A stretch of 64,000 nt of DNA. It comes from Eledone cirrhosa. Taxonomy: Eukaryota. The notes beneath the pieces were generated by a model, which made no database searches, was not told the DNA's origin, and saw nothing but the letters and a program-made list of their open reading frames with translations. Shown piece by piece: positions 40,701 to 54,100 of this stretch. Numbering within the stretch: position 1 is the first letter of the stretch; each line of letters starts with the position of its first letter. The stretch spans positions 2,852,001 through 2,916,000 of the forward strand of contig OZ024757.1 of the NCBI GenBank assembly GCA_964016885.1, written 5' to 3'. The position numbers and the translations under genes were made by a program.

Positions 40701-42747
40701 ATAGTATCAGAGCTGTGATCTCTCAATTCAGAGATTATTTCCTGAGACATTCTAACTACATGTCTGTAGTATCTGAGCTGTGATCTCTCAATTTAGAGAT
40801 TCTTTCCTGAGACATTCTAACCACATATCTGTAGTATCGGAGCTGTGATCTCTCAATTCAGAGTTTCCTTCCTGAGACATTCTAAGCACATGTCTATAGC
40901 ATCAGAGCTGTGATCTCTAAATTCAGAAATTCTATCCTGAGATATTCTAACCACATATCGGTAGTATCAGAGCTGTGATCTCTCAATTCAGAGATTCTTT
41001 CCTGAGACATTCAAACCACATGTCTGTAGTATCAGAGGTGTGATCTCTCAATTCAAAGATTATTTCCTGAGACATTCTAACCTAATGACAAAAGTATCAG
41101 AGCTGTGATCTCTCAATTCAGAGATTCTTTCCAGAGACATTCTAACCACATGACCATAGTATCAGAGCTGTGTTCTCTCAATTCAGAGATTCTTTCCAGA
41201 GACATTCTAACCCAATGTCTATAGTATCAGAGATGTGATCTCCCCATTCAGAGATTCTTTCCTGAGACATTCTAACCACATGTCTGTAGTATCAGAGCTG
41301 TGATATCTCAATTCAGAGATTCTTTCCTGACACATTCTAACCACACGTCTATACTATCAGAGCTTTGATCTCTCAATTCAAAGATTCTTTCCAGAGATAT
41401 TCTTACCACATGTCTGTAGTATCAGAGCTGTGATCTCTCAATTCAGAGATTCTTTCCTGAGACATTCTAGCCACATGTCTAAAGTATCAGAGCTGTGATC
41501 TCTCAATTCAGAGATTCTTTCCTGAGTGATTCTAACCACATGTCAGTAGTATCAGAGGTGTGATCTCTCAATTCAGAGATTCTTTCCTGAGACATTCTAA
41601 CCACATGTCTACAGTATCAGAGATGTGATCTCTCCATTCAGAGATTCTTTCGTGAGACATTCTAACCACATTTCTGTAGTATCTGAGCTGTGATCTCTCA
41701 ATTAAGAGATTCTTTCCTGAGACATTCTAACCACATGGCTGTAGTATCAGAGCTGTGATCTCTCAATTCAAAGATTCTTTCCTAATATAATTCTAACCAC
41801 ATATCTATAGTATCAGAGCTGTGATCTCTCAATTCAAAGATTCTTTCGAGAGATATTCTTACCACATGTTTGTAGTATCAGAGCTGTGATCTCTCAATTC
41901 AGAGATTCTTTCCTGAGACATTCTAACCACATGTCTGTAGTATCAGAGCTGTGATCTCTCAATTCAGAGATTCTTTCCAGAGACATTCTAGCCACATGTC
42001 TATAGTATCAGAGCTGTGATCTCTCAATTCAGAGATTCTTTCCTGAGTGATTCTATCCACATGTCTGTAGTATCAGAGGTGTGATTTCTCAATTCAGAGA
42101 TTCTTTCCTGAGACATTCTAACCAGATGTCTATAGTTTCAGAGCTTTGATCTCTCAATTCAGAGATTCTTTCCTGAGACATTCTATCCACATGTCTATAG
42201 CATCAGAGCTGTGATCACTCAATTCAGAGATTCTTTCCTGAGACATTCTAACCACATGGCTGTAGTATCAGAGCTGTGATCTCTCAATTGAAAGATTCAT
42301 TCCTGAGATAATTCTAACCCCATATCTAAAGTATCAGAGCTGTGATCTCTCAATTCAGAGATTCTTTCCTGAGACATTCAAACCACATGTCTATAGTATC
42401 AGAGCTGTGATCTCTCAATTCAGAGATTCTTTCCTGAGACATTCAAACCACATGTCTATAGTATCAGAGCTGTGATCTCTCAATTCAAAGATTCTTTCCT
42501 GAGACATTCTAACTACACATCTGTAGTATCAGAGCTGTAATCTCTCAATTCATAGATTCTTTCCAGAGACATTCTAACCACATGACCATAGTATCAGAGC
42601 TGTAATCTCTCAATTCAGAGATTCTTTCCAGAGACATTCTAACCACATGTCTATAGTATCAGCGCTGTGATCTCTCCATTGAGAGATTCTTTCCTGAGAC
42701 ATTCTAACCACATGGCTGTAGTATCAGAGCTGTGATCTCTCAATTCA
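37740..42747. repeat. Tandem duplication, offset 2407 then 2602 bp
   Basis: catgagac 37944 to 40351 (+2407); gatcactc 39611 to 42213 (+2602). The 195-bp difference corresponds to three monomers missing at about 38410. Confidence 0.75.
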
Positions 42748-45700
42748 AAGATTCTTTCCTGAGATAATTCTAACCACATATCTATAGTATCAGAGCTGTG
42801 ATCTCTCAATTCAAAGACTCTTTCCAGAGATATTCTTACCACATGTCTGTAGTATCAGAGCTGTGATCTCTCAATTCAGAGATTCTTTCCTGAGACATTC
42901 TAACCACATGTCTGTAGTATCAGAGCTGTGATCTCTCAATTCAGAGATTCTTTCCTGAGACATTCTAGCCACATGTCTATAGTATCAGAGCTGTGATCTC
43001 TCAATTCAGAGATTCTTTCCTGAGTGATTCTAACCACATGTCAGTAGTATCAGAGCTGTGATCTCTCAATTCAGAGATTCTTTCCTGAAACATTCTAACT
43101 ACATGTCTGTAGTATCAGAGCTGTGATTCCTCAATTTAGAGATTCTTTCCTGAGACATTCTAACCACATGTCTAAAGTATCAGAGCTGTGATCTCTCAAT
43201 TCAGAGATTCTTTCCTGAGACATTCAAACCACATGTCTGTAGTATCAGAGGTGTGATCTCTCAATTCAAAGATTCTTTCCTGAGACATTCTAACTACATG
43301 TCTGTAGTATCAGAGCTGTGATCTGTCAATTCAGAGATTCTTTCCAGAGACATTCTAACCACATGACCATAGTATCAGAGCTGTGATCTCTCAATTCAGA
43401 GATTCTTTCCAGAGACATTCTAACCACATGTCTACAGTATCAGAGATGTGATCTCTCCATTCAGAGATTCTTTCCTGAGACATTCTAACCACATGTCTGT
43501 AGTATCAGAGCTGTGATATCTCAATTCAGAGATTCTTTCCTGACACATTCTAACCACACGTCTATACTATCAGAGCTGTGATCTCTCAATTCAAAGATTC
43601 TTTCCTGATATAATTCTAACCACATATCTATAGTATCAGAGCTGTGATCTCTCAATTCAAAGATTCTTTCGAGAGATATTCTTACCACATGTTTGTAGTA
43701 TCAGAGCTGTGATCTCTCAATTCAGAGATTCTTTCCTGAGACATTCTAACCACATGTCTGTACTATCAGAGCTGTGATCTCTCAATTCAGAGATTCTTTC
43801 CAGAGACATTCTAGCCACATGTCTATAGTATCAGAGCTGTGATTTCTCAATTCAGAGATTCTTTCCTGAGTGATTCTAACCACATGTCTGTAGTATCAGA
43901 GGTGTGATTTCTCAATTCAGAGATTCTTTCCTGAGACATTCTAACCAGATGTCTATAGTTTCAGAGCTTTGATCTCTCAATTCAGAGATTCTTTCCTGAG
44001 ACATTCTAACCACATGTCTATAGTATCAGAGCTGTGATCTCTCAATTCAGAGATTCTTTCCTGAAACATTCTAACCACATGGCTGTAGTATCAGAGCTGT
44101 GATCTCTCAATTGAAAGATTCATTCCTGAGATAATTCTAACCCCATATCTAAAGTATCAGAGCTGTGATCTCTCAATTCAGAGATTCTTTCCTGAGACAT
44201 TCAAACCACATGTCTATAGTATCAGAGCTGTGATCTCTCAATTCAGAGATTCTTTCCTGAGACATTCAAACCACATGTCTATAGTATCAGAGCTGTGATC
44301 TCTCAATTCAAAGATTCTTTCCTGAGACATTCTAACTACACATCTGTAGTATCAGAGCTGTAATCTCTCAATTCATAGATTCTTTCCAGAGACATTCTAA
44401 CCACATGACCATAGTATCAGAGCTGTAATCTCTCAATTCAGAGATTCTTTCCAGAGACATTCTAACCACATGTCTATAGTATCAGCGCTGTGATCTCTCC
44501 ATTGAGAGATTCTTTCCTGAGACATTCTAACCACATGGCTGTAGTATCAGAGCTGTGATCTCTCAATTCAAAGATTCTTTCCTGAGATAATTCTAACCAC
44601 ATATCTATAGTATCAGAGCTGTGATCTCTCAATTCAAAGACTCTTTCCAGAGATATTCTTACCACATGTCTGTAGTATCAGAGCTGTGATCTCTCAATTC
44701 AGAGATTCTTTCCTGAGACATTCTAACCACATGTCTGTAGTATCAGAGCTGTGATCTCTCAATTCAGAGATTCTTTCCTGAGACATTCTAGCCACATGTC
44801 TATAGTATCAGAGCTGTGATCTCTCAATTCAGAGATTCTTTCCTGAGTGATTCTAACCACATGTCAGTAGTATCAGAGCTGTGATCTCTCAATTCAGAGA
44901 TTCTTTCCTGAAACATTCTAACTACATGTCTGTAGTATCAGAGCTGTGATTCCTCAATTTAGAGATTCTTTCCTGAGACATTCTAACCACATGTCTAAAG
45001 TATCAGAGCTGTGATCTCTCAATTCAGAGATTCTTTCCTGAGACATTCAAACCACATGTCTGTAGTATCAGAGGTGTGATCTCTCAATTCAAAGATTCTT
45101 TCCTGAGACATTCTAACTACATGTCTGTAGTATCAGAGCTGTGATCTGTCAATTCAGAGATTCTTTCCAGAGACATTCTAACCACATGACCATAGTATCA
45201 GAGCTGTGATCTCTCAATTCAGAGATTCTTTCCAGAGACATTCTAACCACATGTCTACAGTATCAGAGATGTGATCTCTCCATTCAGAGATTCTTTCCTG
45301 AGACATTCTAACCACATGTCTGTAGTATCAGAGCTGTGATATCTCAATTCAGAGATTCTTTCCTGACACATTCTAACCACACGTCTATACTATCAGAGCT
45401 GTGATCTCTCAATTCAAAGATTCTTTCCTGATATAATTCTAACCACATATCTATAGTATCAGAGCTGTGATCTCTCAATTCAAAGATTCTTTCGAGAGAT
45501 ATTCTTACCACATGTTTGTAGTATCAGAGCTGTGATCTCTCAATTCAGAGATTCTTTCCTGAGACATTCTAACCACATGTCTGTACTATCAGAGCTGTGA
45601 TCTCTCAATTCAGAGATTCTTTCCAGAGACATTCTAGCCACATGTCTATAGTATCAGAGCTGTGATTTCTCAATTCAGAGATTCTTTCCTGAGTGATTCT

Positions 45701-45900
45701 AACCACATGTCTGTAGTATCAGAGGTGTGATTTCTCAATTCAGAGATTCTTTCCTGAGACATTCTAACCAGATGTCTATAGTTTCAGAGCTTTGATCTCT
45801 CAATTCAGAGATTCTTTCCTGAGACATTCTAACCACATGTCTATAGTATCAGAGCTGTGATCTCTCAATTCAGAGATTCTTTCCTGAAACATTCTAACCA
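42243..45900. repeat. Tandem duplication of 1823 bp (28 monomers)
   Basis: ORF 42651 to 44474; caattgaaag variant 42290 to 44113; shared gattcctc and ctgtactatc variants. Confidence 0.8.
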
Positions 45901-48139
45901 CATGGCTGTAGTATCAGGGCTGTGATCTCTCAATTCAAAGATTCTTTCCTGAGATAATTTTAACCACATATCTATAGTATCAGAGCTGTGATCTCTCAAT
46001 TCAAAGATTCTTTCCAGAGATATTCTTACCACATGTCTGTAGTATCAGAGCTGTGATCTCTCAATTCAGAGATTCTTTCCTGAGACATTCTAGCCACATG
46101 TCTAAAGTATCAGAGCTGTGATCTCTCAATTCAGAGATTCATTCCTGAGTGATTCTAACCACATGTCAGTAGTATCAGAGGCGTGATCTCTCAATTCAGA
46201 GATTCTTTCCTGAGACATTCTAACCACATGTCTACAGTATCAGAGATGTGATCTCTCCATTCAGAGATTCTTTCGTGAGACATTCTAACCACATTTCTGT
46301 AGTATCTGAGCTGTGATCTCTCAATTAAGAGATTCTTTCCTGAGACATTCTAACCACATGGCTGTAGTATCAGAGCTGTGATCTCTCAATTCAAAGATTC
46401 TTTCCTAATATAATTCTAACCACATATCTATAGTATGAGAGCTGTGATCTCTCAATTCAAAGATTCTTTCGAGAGATATTCTTACCACATGTTTGTAGTA
46501 TCAGAGCTGTGATCTCTCAATTCAGAGATTCTTTCCTGAGACATTCTAACCACATGTCTGTAGTATCAGAGCTGTGATCTCTCAATTCAGAGATTCTTTC
46601 CAGAGACATTCTAGCCACATGTCTATAGTATCAGAGCTGTGATCTCTCAATTCAGAGATTCTTTCCTGAGTGATTCTATCCACATGTCTGTAGTATCAGA
46701 GGTGTGATTTCTCAATTCAGAGATTCTTTCCTGAGACATTCTAACCAGATGTCTATAGTTTCAGAGCTTTGATCTCTCAATTCAGAGATTCTTTCCTGAG
46801 ACATTCTAACCACATGTCTATAGCATCAGAGCTGTGATCTCTCAATTCAGAGATTCTTTCCTGAGACATTCTAACCACATGGCTGTTGTATCAGAGCTGT
46901 GATCTCTCAATTCAAAGATTCATTCCTGAGATAATTCTAACCCCATATCTATAGTATCAGAGCTGTGATCTCTCAATTCAGAAATTCTTTCCTGAGACAT
47001 TCTAACCACATATCGGTAGTATCAGAGCTGTGATCTCTCAATGCAGAGATTCTTTCCTGACACATTCTAACCACATGTCTATAGTATCAGAGCTGTGATC
47101 TCTCAAATCAGAGATTCTTTCCTGAGGCATTCTAACCACATGTCTAAAGTATCAGAGCTGTGATCTCTCAATTCAGAGATTCTTTCCTGAGACATTCAAA
47201 CCACATGTCTATAGTATCAGAGCTGTGATCTCTCAATTCAGAGATTCTTTCCTGAGACATTCAAACCACATGTCTATAGTATCAGAGCTGTGATCTCTCA
47301 ATTCAAAGATTCTTTCCTGAGACATTCTAACTACACATCTGTAGTATCAGAGCTGTAATCTCTCAATTCATAGATTCTTTCCAGAGACATTCTAACCACA
47401 TGACCATAGTATCAGAGCTGTAATCTCTCAATTCAGAGATTCTTTCCAGAGACATTCTAACCACATGTCTATAGTATCAGCGCTGTGATCTCTCCATTCA
47501 GAGATTCTTTCCTGAGACATTCTAACCACATGTCTATAGCATCAGAGCTGTGATCTCTCAATTCAGAGATTCTTTCCTGAGACATTCTAACCACATGGCT
47601 GTAGTATCAGAGCTGTGATCTCTCAATTCAAAGATTCATTCCTGAGATAATTCTAACCCCATATCTATAGTATCAGAGCTGTGATCTCTCAATTCAGAAA
47701 TTCTTTCCTGAGACATTCTAACCACATATCGGTAGTATCAGAGCTGTGATCTCTCAATGCAGAGATTCTTTCCTGACACATTCTAACCACATGTCTATAG
47801 TATCAGAGCTGTGATCTCTCAAATCAGAGATTCTTTCCTGAGGCATTCTAACCACATGTCTAAAGTATCAGAGCTGTGATCTCTCAATTCAGAGATTCTT
47901 TCCTGAGACATTCAAACCACATGTCTATAGTATCAGAGCTGTGATCTCTCAATTCAGAGATTCTTTCCTGAGACATTCAAACCACATGTCTATAGTATCA
48001 GAGCTGTGATCTCTCAATTCAAAGATTCTTTCCTGAGACATTCTAACTACACATCTGTAGTATCAGAGCTGTAATCTCTCAATTCATAGATTCTTTCCAG
48101 AGACATTCTAACCACATGACCATAGTATCAGAGCTGTAA

Positions 48140-51100
48140 TCTCTCAATTCAGAGATTCTTTCCTGAGACATTCTAACCACATGTCTGTAGTATCAGAGCT
48201 GTGATCTCTCAATTCAGAGATTCTTTCCTGAGACATTCTAACCACATGGCTGTAGTATCAGAGCTGTCATCTCTCAATTCAAAGATTCATTCCTGAGATA
48301 ATTCTAACCCCATATCTATAGTATCAGAGCTGTGATCTCTCAATTCAAAGATTCTTTCCAGAGATATTCTTACCACATGCCTGTAGTATCAGAGCTGTGA
48401 TCTCTCAATTCAGAGATTCTTTCCTGAGACGTTCTAACCACATGTCTGTAGTATCAGAGGTGTGATCTCTCAATTCAAAGATTCTTTCCTGAGACATTCT
48501 AACTACATGTCTGTAGTATCAGAGCTGTGATCTGTCAATTCAGAGATTCTTTCCAGAGACATTCTAACCACATGACCATAGTATCAGAGCTGTGATCTCT
48601 CAATTCAGAGATTCTTTCCAGAGACATTCTAACCACATGTCTGTAGTATCAGATATGTGATCTCTCCATTCAGAGATTCTTTCCTGAGACATTCTAACCA
48701 CATGTCTGTAGTATCAGAGCTGTGATATCTCAATTCAGAGATTCTTTCCTGACACATTCTAACCACACGTCTATACTATCAGAGCTGTGATCTCTCAATT
48801 CAGAGATTCTTTCCTGAGACATTCTAACCACATGGCTGTAGTATCAGAGCTGTGATCTCTCAATTCAAATATTCTTTCCTGATATAATTCTAACCACATA
48901 TCTATAGTATCAGAGCTGTGATCTCTCAATTCAAAGATTCTTTCGAGAGATATTCTTACCACATGTTTGTAGTATCAGAGCTGTGATCTCTCAATTCAGA
49001 GATTCTTTCCTGAGACATTCTAACCACATGTCTGTAGTATCAGAGCTGTGATCTCTCAATTCAGAGATTCTTTCCAGAGACATTCTAGCCACATGTCTAT
49101 AGTGTCAGAGCTGTGATTTCTCAGTTCAGAGATTCTTTCCTGAGTGATTCTAACCACATGTCTGTAGTATCAGAGCTGTGATCTCTCAATTCAGAGATTC
49201 TTTCCTGAGACATTCTAGCCACATGTCTATAGTATCAGAGCTGTGATCTCTCAATTCAGAGATTCTTTCCTGAGTGATTCTAACCACATGTCAGTAGTAT
49301 CAGAGGTGTGATCTCTCAATTCAGAGATTCTTTCCTGAGACATTCTAACCAGATGTCTGTAGTATCAGAGCTGTGATCTCTCAATTCAGAGATTCTTTCA
49401 TGAGACATTCTAAACACATGACAATAGTAACAGAGCTGTGATCTCTCAATTCAGAGATTCCTTCCAGAGACACACTAACCACATGTCTGTAGTATCAGAG
49501 CTGTGATCTCTCAATTCAGAGTTTCTTTCCTGAGACATTCTAAGCACATGTCTATAGTATCAGAGCTGAGATCTCTCAATTCAGAGATTATTTCCTGAGA
49601 CATTCTAACTACATGTCTGTAGTATCAGAGCTGTGATCTCTCAATTTAGAGATTCTTTTCTGAGACATTCTAACCACATATCTGTAGTATCAGAGCTGTG
49701 AACTCTCAATTCAGAGTTTCTTTCCTGAGACATTCTAGTCACATGTCTATAGTATCAGAGCTGTGATCTCTCAATTCAGAGATTATTTCCTGAGACATTC
49801 TAACTACATGTCTGTAGTATCTGAGCTGTGATCTCTCAATTTAGAGATTCTTTCCTGAGACATTCTAACCACATATCTGTAGTATCGGAGCTGTGATCTC
49901 TCAATTCAGAGTTTCCTTCCTGAGACATTCTAAGCACATGTCTATAGCATCAGAGCTGTGATCTCTAAATTCAGAAATTCTATCCTGAGATATTCTAACC
50001 ACATATCGGTAGTATCAGAGCTGTGATCTCTCAATTCAGAGATTCTTTCCTGAGACATTCAAACCACATGTCTGTAGTATCAGAGGTGTGATCTCTCAAT
50101 TCAAAGATTATTTCCTGAGACATTCTAACCTAATGACAAAAGTATCAGAGCTGTGATCTCTCAATTCAGAGATTCTTTCCAGAGACATTCTAACCACATG
50201 ACCATAGTATCAGAGCTGTGTTCTCTCAATTCAGAGATTCTTTCCAGAGACATTCTAACCCAATGTCTATAGTATCAGAGATGTGATCTCCCCATTCAGA
50301 GATTCTTTCCTGAGACATTCTAACCACATGTCTGTAGTATCAGAGCTGTGATCTCTCAATTCAGAGATTCTTTCCTGAGACATTCTAACCACATGTCTAT
50401 AGTGTCAGAGCTGTGATCTCTCAATTCAGAGATTCTTTCCTGAGACATTCTAATCACATGGCTGTAGTATCAGAGCTGTGATCTCTCAATTCAGAGACTC
50501 TTTCCTGAGGCATTCTAACCACATGTCTAAAGTGTCAGAGCTGTGATCTCTCAATTCAGAGATTCTTTCCTGAGACATTCAAACCACATGTCTGTAGTAT
50601 CAGAGCTGTGATCTCTCAATTCAGAGATTCTTTCCTGAGACATTCTAACCACATGTCTGTAGTATCAGAGCTGTGATCTCTCAATTCAGAGATTCTTTCC
50701 TGAGACATTCTAGCCACATGTCTATAGTATCAGAACTGTGATCTCTCAATTCAGAGATTCTTTCCTGAGTGATTCTAACCACATGTCAGTAGTATCAGAG
50801 CTGTGATCTCTCAATTCAGAGATTCTTTCCTGAAACATTCTAACTACATGTCTGTAGTATCAGAGCTGTGATCCCTCAATTTAGAGATTCTTTCCTGAGA
50901 CATTCTAACCACATATCTGTAGTATCAGAGCTGTGATCTCTCAATTCAGAGATTCTTTCCTGACACATTCTAACCACACGTCTATACTATCAGAGCTGTG
51001 ATCTCTCAATTCAAAGATTCTTTCCTGATATAATTCTAACCACATATCTATAGTATCAGAGCTGTGATCTCTCAATTCAAAGATTCTTTCGAGAGATATT

Positions 51101-54100
51101 CTTACCACATGTTTGTAGTATCAGAGCTGTGATCTCTCAATTCAGAGATTCTTTCCTGAGACATTCTAACCACATGTCTGTAGTATCAGATCTGTGATCT
51201 CTCAATTCAGAGATTCTTTCCTGAGTGATTCTAACCACATGTCTGTAGTATCAGAGGTGTGATTTCTCAATTCAGAGATTCTTTCCTGAGACATTCTAAA
51301 CAGATGTCTATAGTTTCAGAGCTTTGATCTCTCAATTCAGAGATTCTTTCCTGAGACATTCTAACCACATGTCTATAGTATCAGAGCTGTGATCTCTCAA
51401 TTCAGAGATTCTTTCCTGAGACATTCTAGCCACATGGCTGTAGTATCAGAGCTGTGATCTCTCAATTCAGAGATTCTTTCCTGAGACATTCTAACCACAT
51501 GGCTGTAGTATCAGGGCTGTGATTTCTCAATTCAGAGATTCTTTCCTGAGACATTCTAAACAGATGTCTATAGTTTCAGAGCTTTGATCTCTCAATTCAG
51601 AGATTCTTTCCTGAGACATTCTAACCACATGTCTATAGTATCAGAGCTGTGATCTCTCAATTCAAAGATTCTTTCCAGAGATATTCTTACCACATGTCTG
51701 TAGTATCAGAGCTGTGATCTCTCAATTAAGAGATTCTTTCCTGAGACATTCTAACCTCATGGCTGTAGTATCAGAGCTGTGATCTCTCAATTCAAAGATT
51801 CTTTCCTAATATAATTCTAACCACATATCTATAGTATCAGAGCTGTGATCTCTCAATTCAAAGATTCTTTCGAGAGATATTCTTACCACATGTTTGTAGT
51901 ATCAGAGCTGTGATCTCTCAATTCAGAGATTCTTTCCTGAGACATTCTAACCACATGTCTGTAGTATCAGAGCTGTGATCTCTCAATTCAGAGATTCTTT
52001 CCAGAGACATTCTAGCCACATGTCTATAGTATCAGAGCTGTGATCTCTCAATTCAGAGATTCTTTCCTGAGACATTCAAACCACATGTCTATAGTATCAG
52101 AGCTGTGATCTCTCAATTCATAGATTCTTTCCAGAGACATTCTAACCACATGACCATAGTATCAGAGCTGTAATCTCTCAATTCAGAGATTCTTTCCAGA
52201 GACATTCTAACCACATGTCTATAGTATCAGCGCTGTGATCTCTCCATTGAGAGATTCTTTCCTGAGACATTCTAACCACATGGCTGTAGTATCAGAGCTG
52301 TGATCTCTCAATTCAAAGATTCTTTCCTGAGATAATTCTAACCACATATCTATAGTATCAGAGCTGTGATCTCTCAATTCAAAGACTCTTTCCAGAGATA
52401 TTCTTACCACATGTCTGTAGTATCAGAGCTGTGATCTCTCAATTCAGAGATTCTTTCCTGAGACATTCTAACCACATGTCTGTAGTATCAGAGCTGTGAT
52501 CTCTCAATTCAGAGATTCTTTCCTGAGACATTCTAACCACATGGCTGTAGTATCAGAGCTGTCATCTCTTAATTCAAAGATTCATTCCTGAGATAATTCT
52601 AACCCCATATCTATAGTATCAGAGCTGTGATCTCTCAATTCAAAGATTCTTTCCAGAGATATTCTTACCACATGCCTGTAGTATCAGAGCTGTGATCTCT
52701 CAATTCAGAGATTCTTTCCTGAGACGTTCTAACCACATGTCTGTAGTATCAGAGGTGTGATCTCTCAATTCAAAGATTCTTTCCTGAGACATTCTAACTA
52801 CATGTCTGTAGTATCAGAGCTGTGATCTGTCAATTCAGAGATTCTTTCCAGAGACATTCTAACCACATGACCATAGTATCAGAGCTGTGATCTCTCAATT
52901 CAGAGATTCTTTCCAGAGACATTCTAACCACATGTCTGTAGTATCAGATATGTGATCTCTCCATTCAGAGATTCTTTCCTGAGACATTCTAACCACATGT
53001 CTGTAGTATCAGAGCTGTGATATCTCAATTCAGAGATTCTTTCCTGACACATTCTAACCACACGTCTATACTATCAGAGCTGTGATCTCTCAATTCAGAG
53101 ATTCTTTCCTGAGACATTCTAACCACATGGCTGTAGTATCAGAGCTGTGATCTCTCAATTCAAATATTCTTTCCTGATATAATTCTAACCACATATCTAT
53201 AGTATCAGAGCTGTGATCTCTCAATTCAAAGATTCTTTCGAGAGATATTCTTACCACATGTTTGTAGTATCAGAGCTGTGATCTCTCAATTCAGAGATTC
53301 TTTCCTGAGACATTCTAACCACATGTCTGTAGTATCAGAGCTGTGATCTCTCAATTCAGAGATTCTTTCCAGAGACATTCTAGCCACATGTCTATAGTGT
53401 CAGAGCTGTGATTTCTCAGTTCAGAGATTCTTTCCTGAGTGATTCTAACCACATGTCTGTAGTATCAGAGCTGTGATCTCTCAATTCAGAGATTCTTTCC
53501 TGAGACATTCTAGCCACATGTCTATAGTATCAGAGCTGTGATCTCTCAATTCAGAGATTCTTTCCTGAGTGATTCTAACCACATGTCAGTAGTATCAGAG
53601 GTGTGATCTCTCAATTCAGAGATTCTTTCCTGAGACATTCTAACCAGATGTCTGTAGTATCAGAGCTGTGATCTCTCAATTCAGAGATTCTTTCATGAGA
53701 CATTCTAAACACATGACAATAGTAACAGAGCTGTGATCTCTCAATTCAGAGATTCCTTCCAGAGACACACTAACCACATGTCTGTAGTATCAGAGCTGTG
53801 ATCTCTCAATTCAGAGTTTCTTTCCTGAGACATTCTAAGCACATGTCTATAGTATCAGAGCTGAGATCTCTCAATTCAGAGATTATTTCCTGAGACATTC
53901 TAACTACATGTCTGTAGTATCAGAGCTGTGATCTCTCAATTTAGAGATTCTTTTCTGAGACATTCTAACCACATATCTGTAGTATCAGAGCTGTGAACTC
54001 TCAATTCAGAGTTTCTTTCCTGAGACATTCTAGTCACATGTCTATAGTATCAGAGCTGTGATCTCTCAATTCAGAGATTATTTCCTGAGACATTCTAACT

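Larger units (their letters stand above)
32611..50352. repeat. Non-adjacent ~6 kb duplication (about 32611-38702 and 44066-50352, offset 11455 then 11650)
   Basis: Rare variants are shared at +11455: aattttaacc 34501/45956, tatgagag 34981/46436, ggctgttgta 35431/46886, ORF 33019/44474. The offset rises by 195 bp (3 monomers) at about 38410. Confidence 0.85.
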
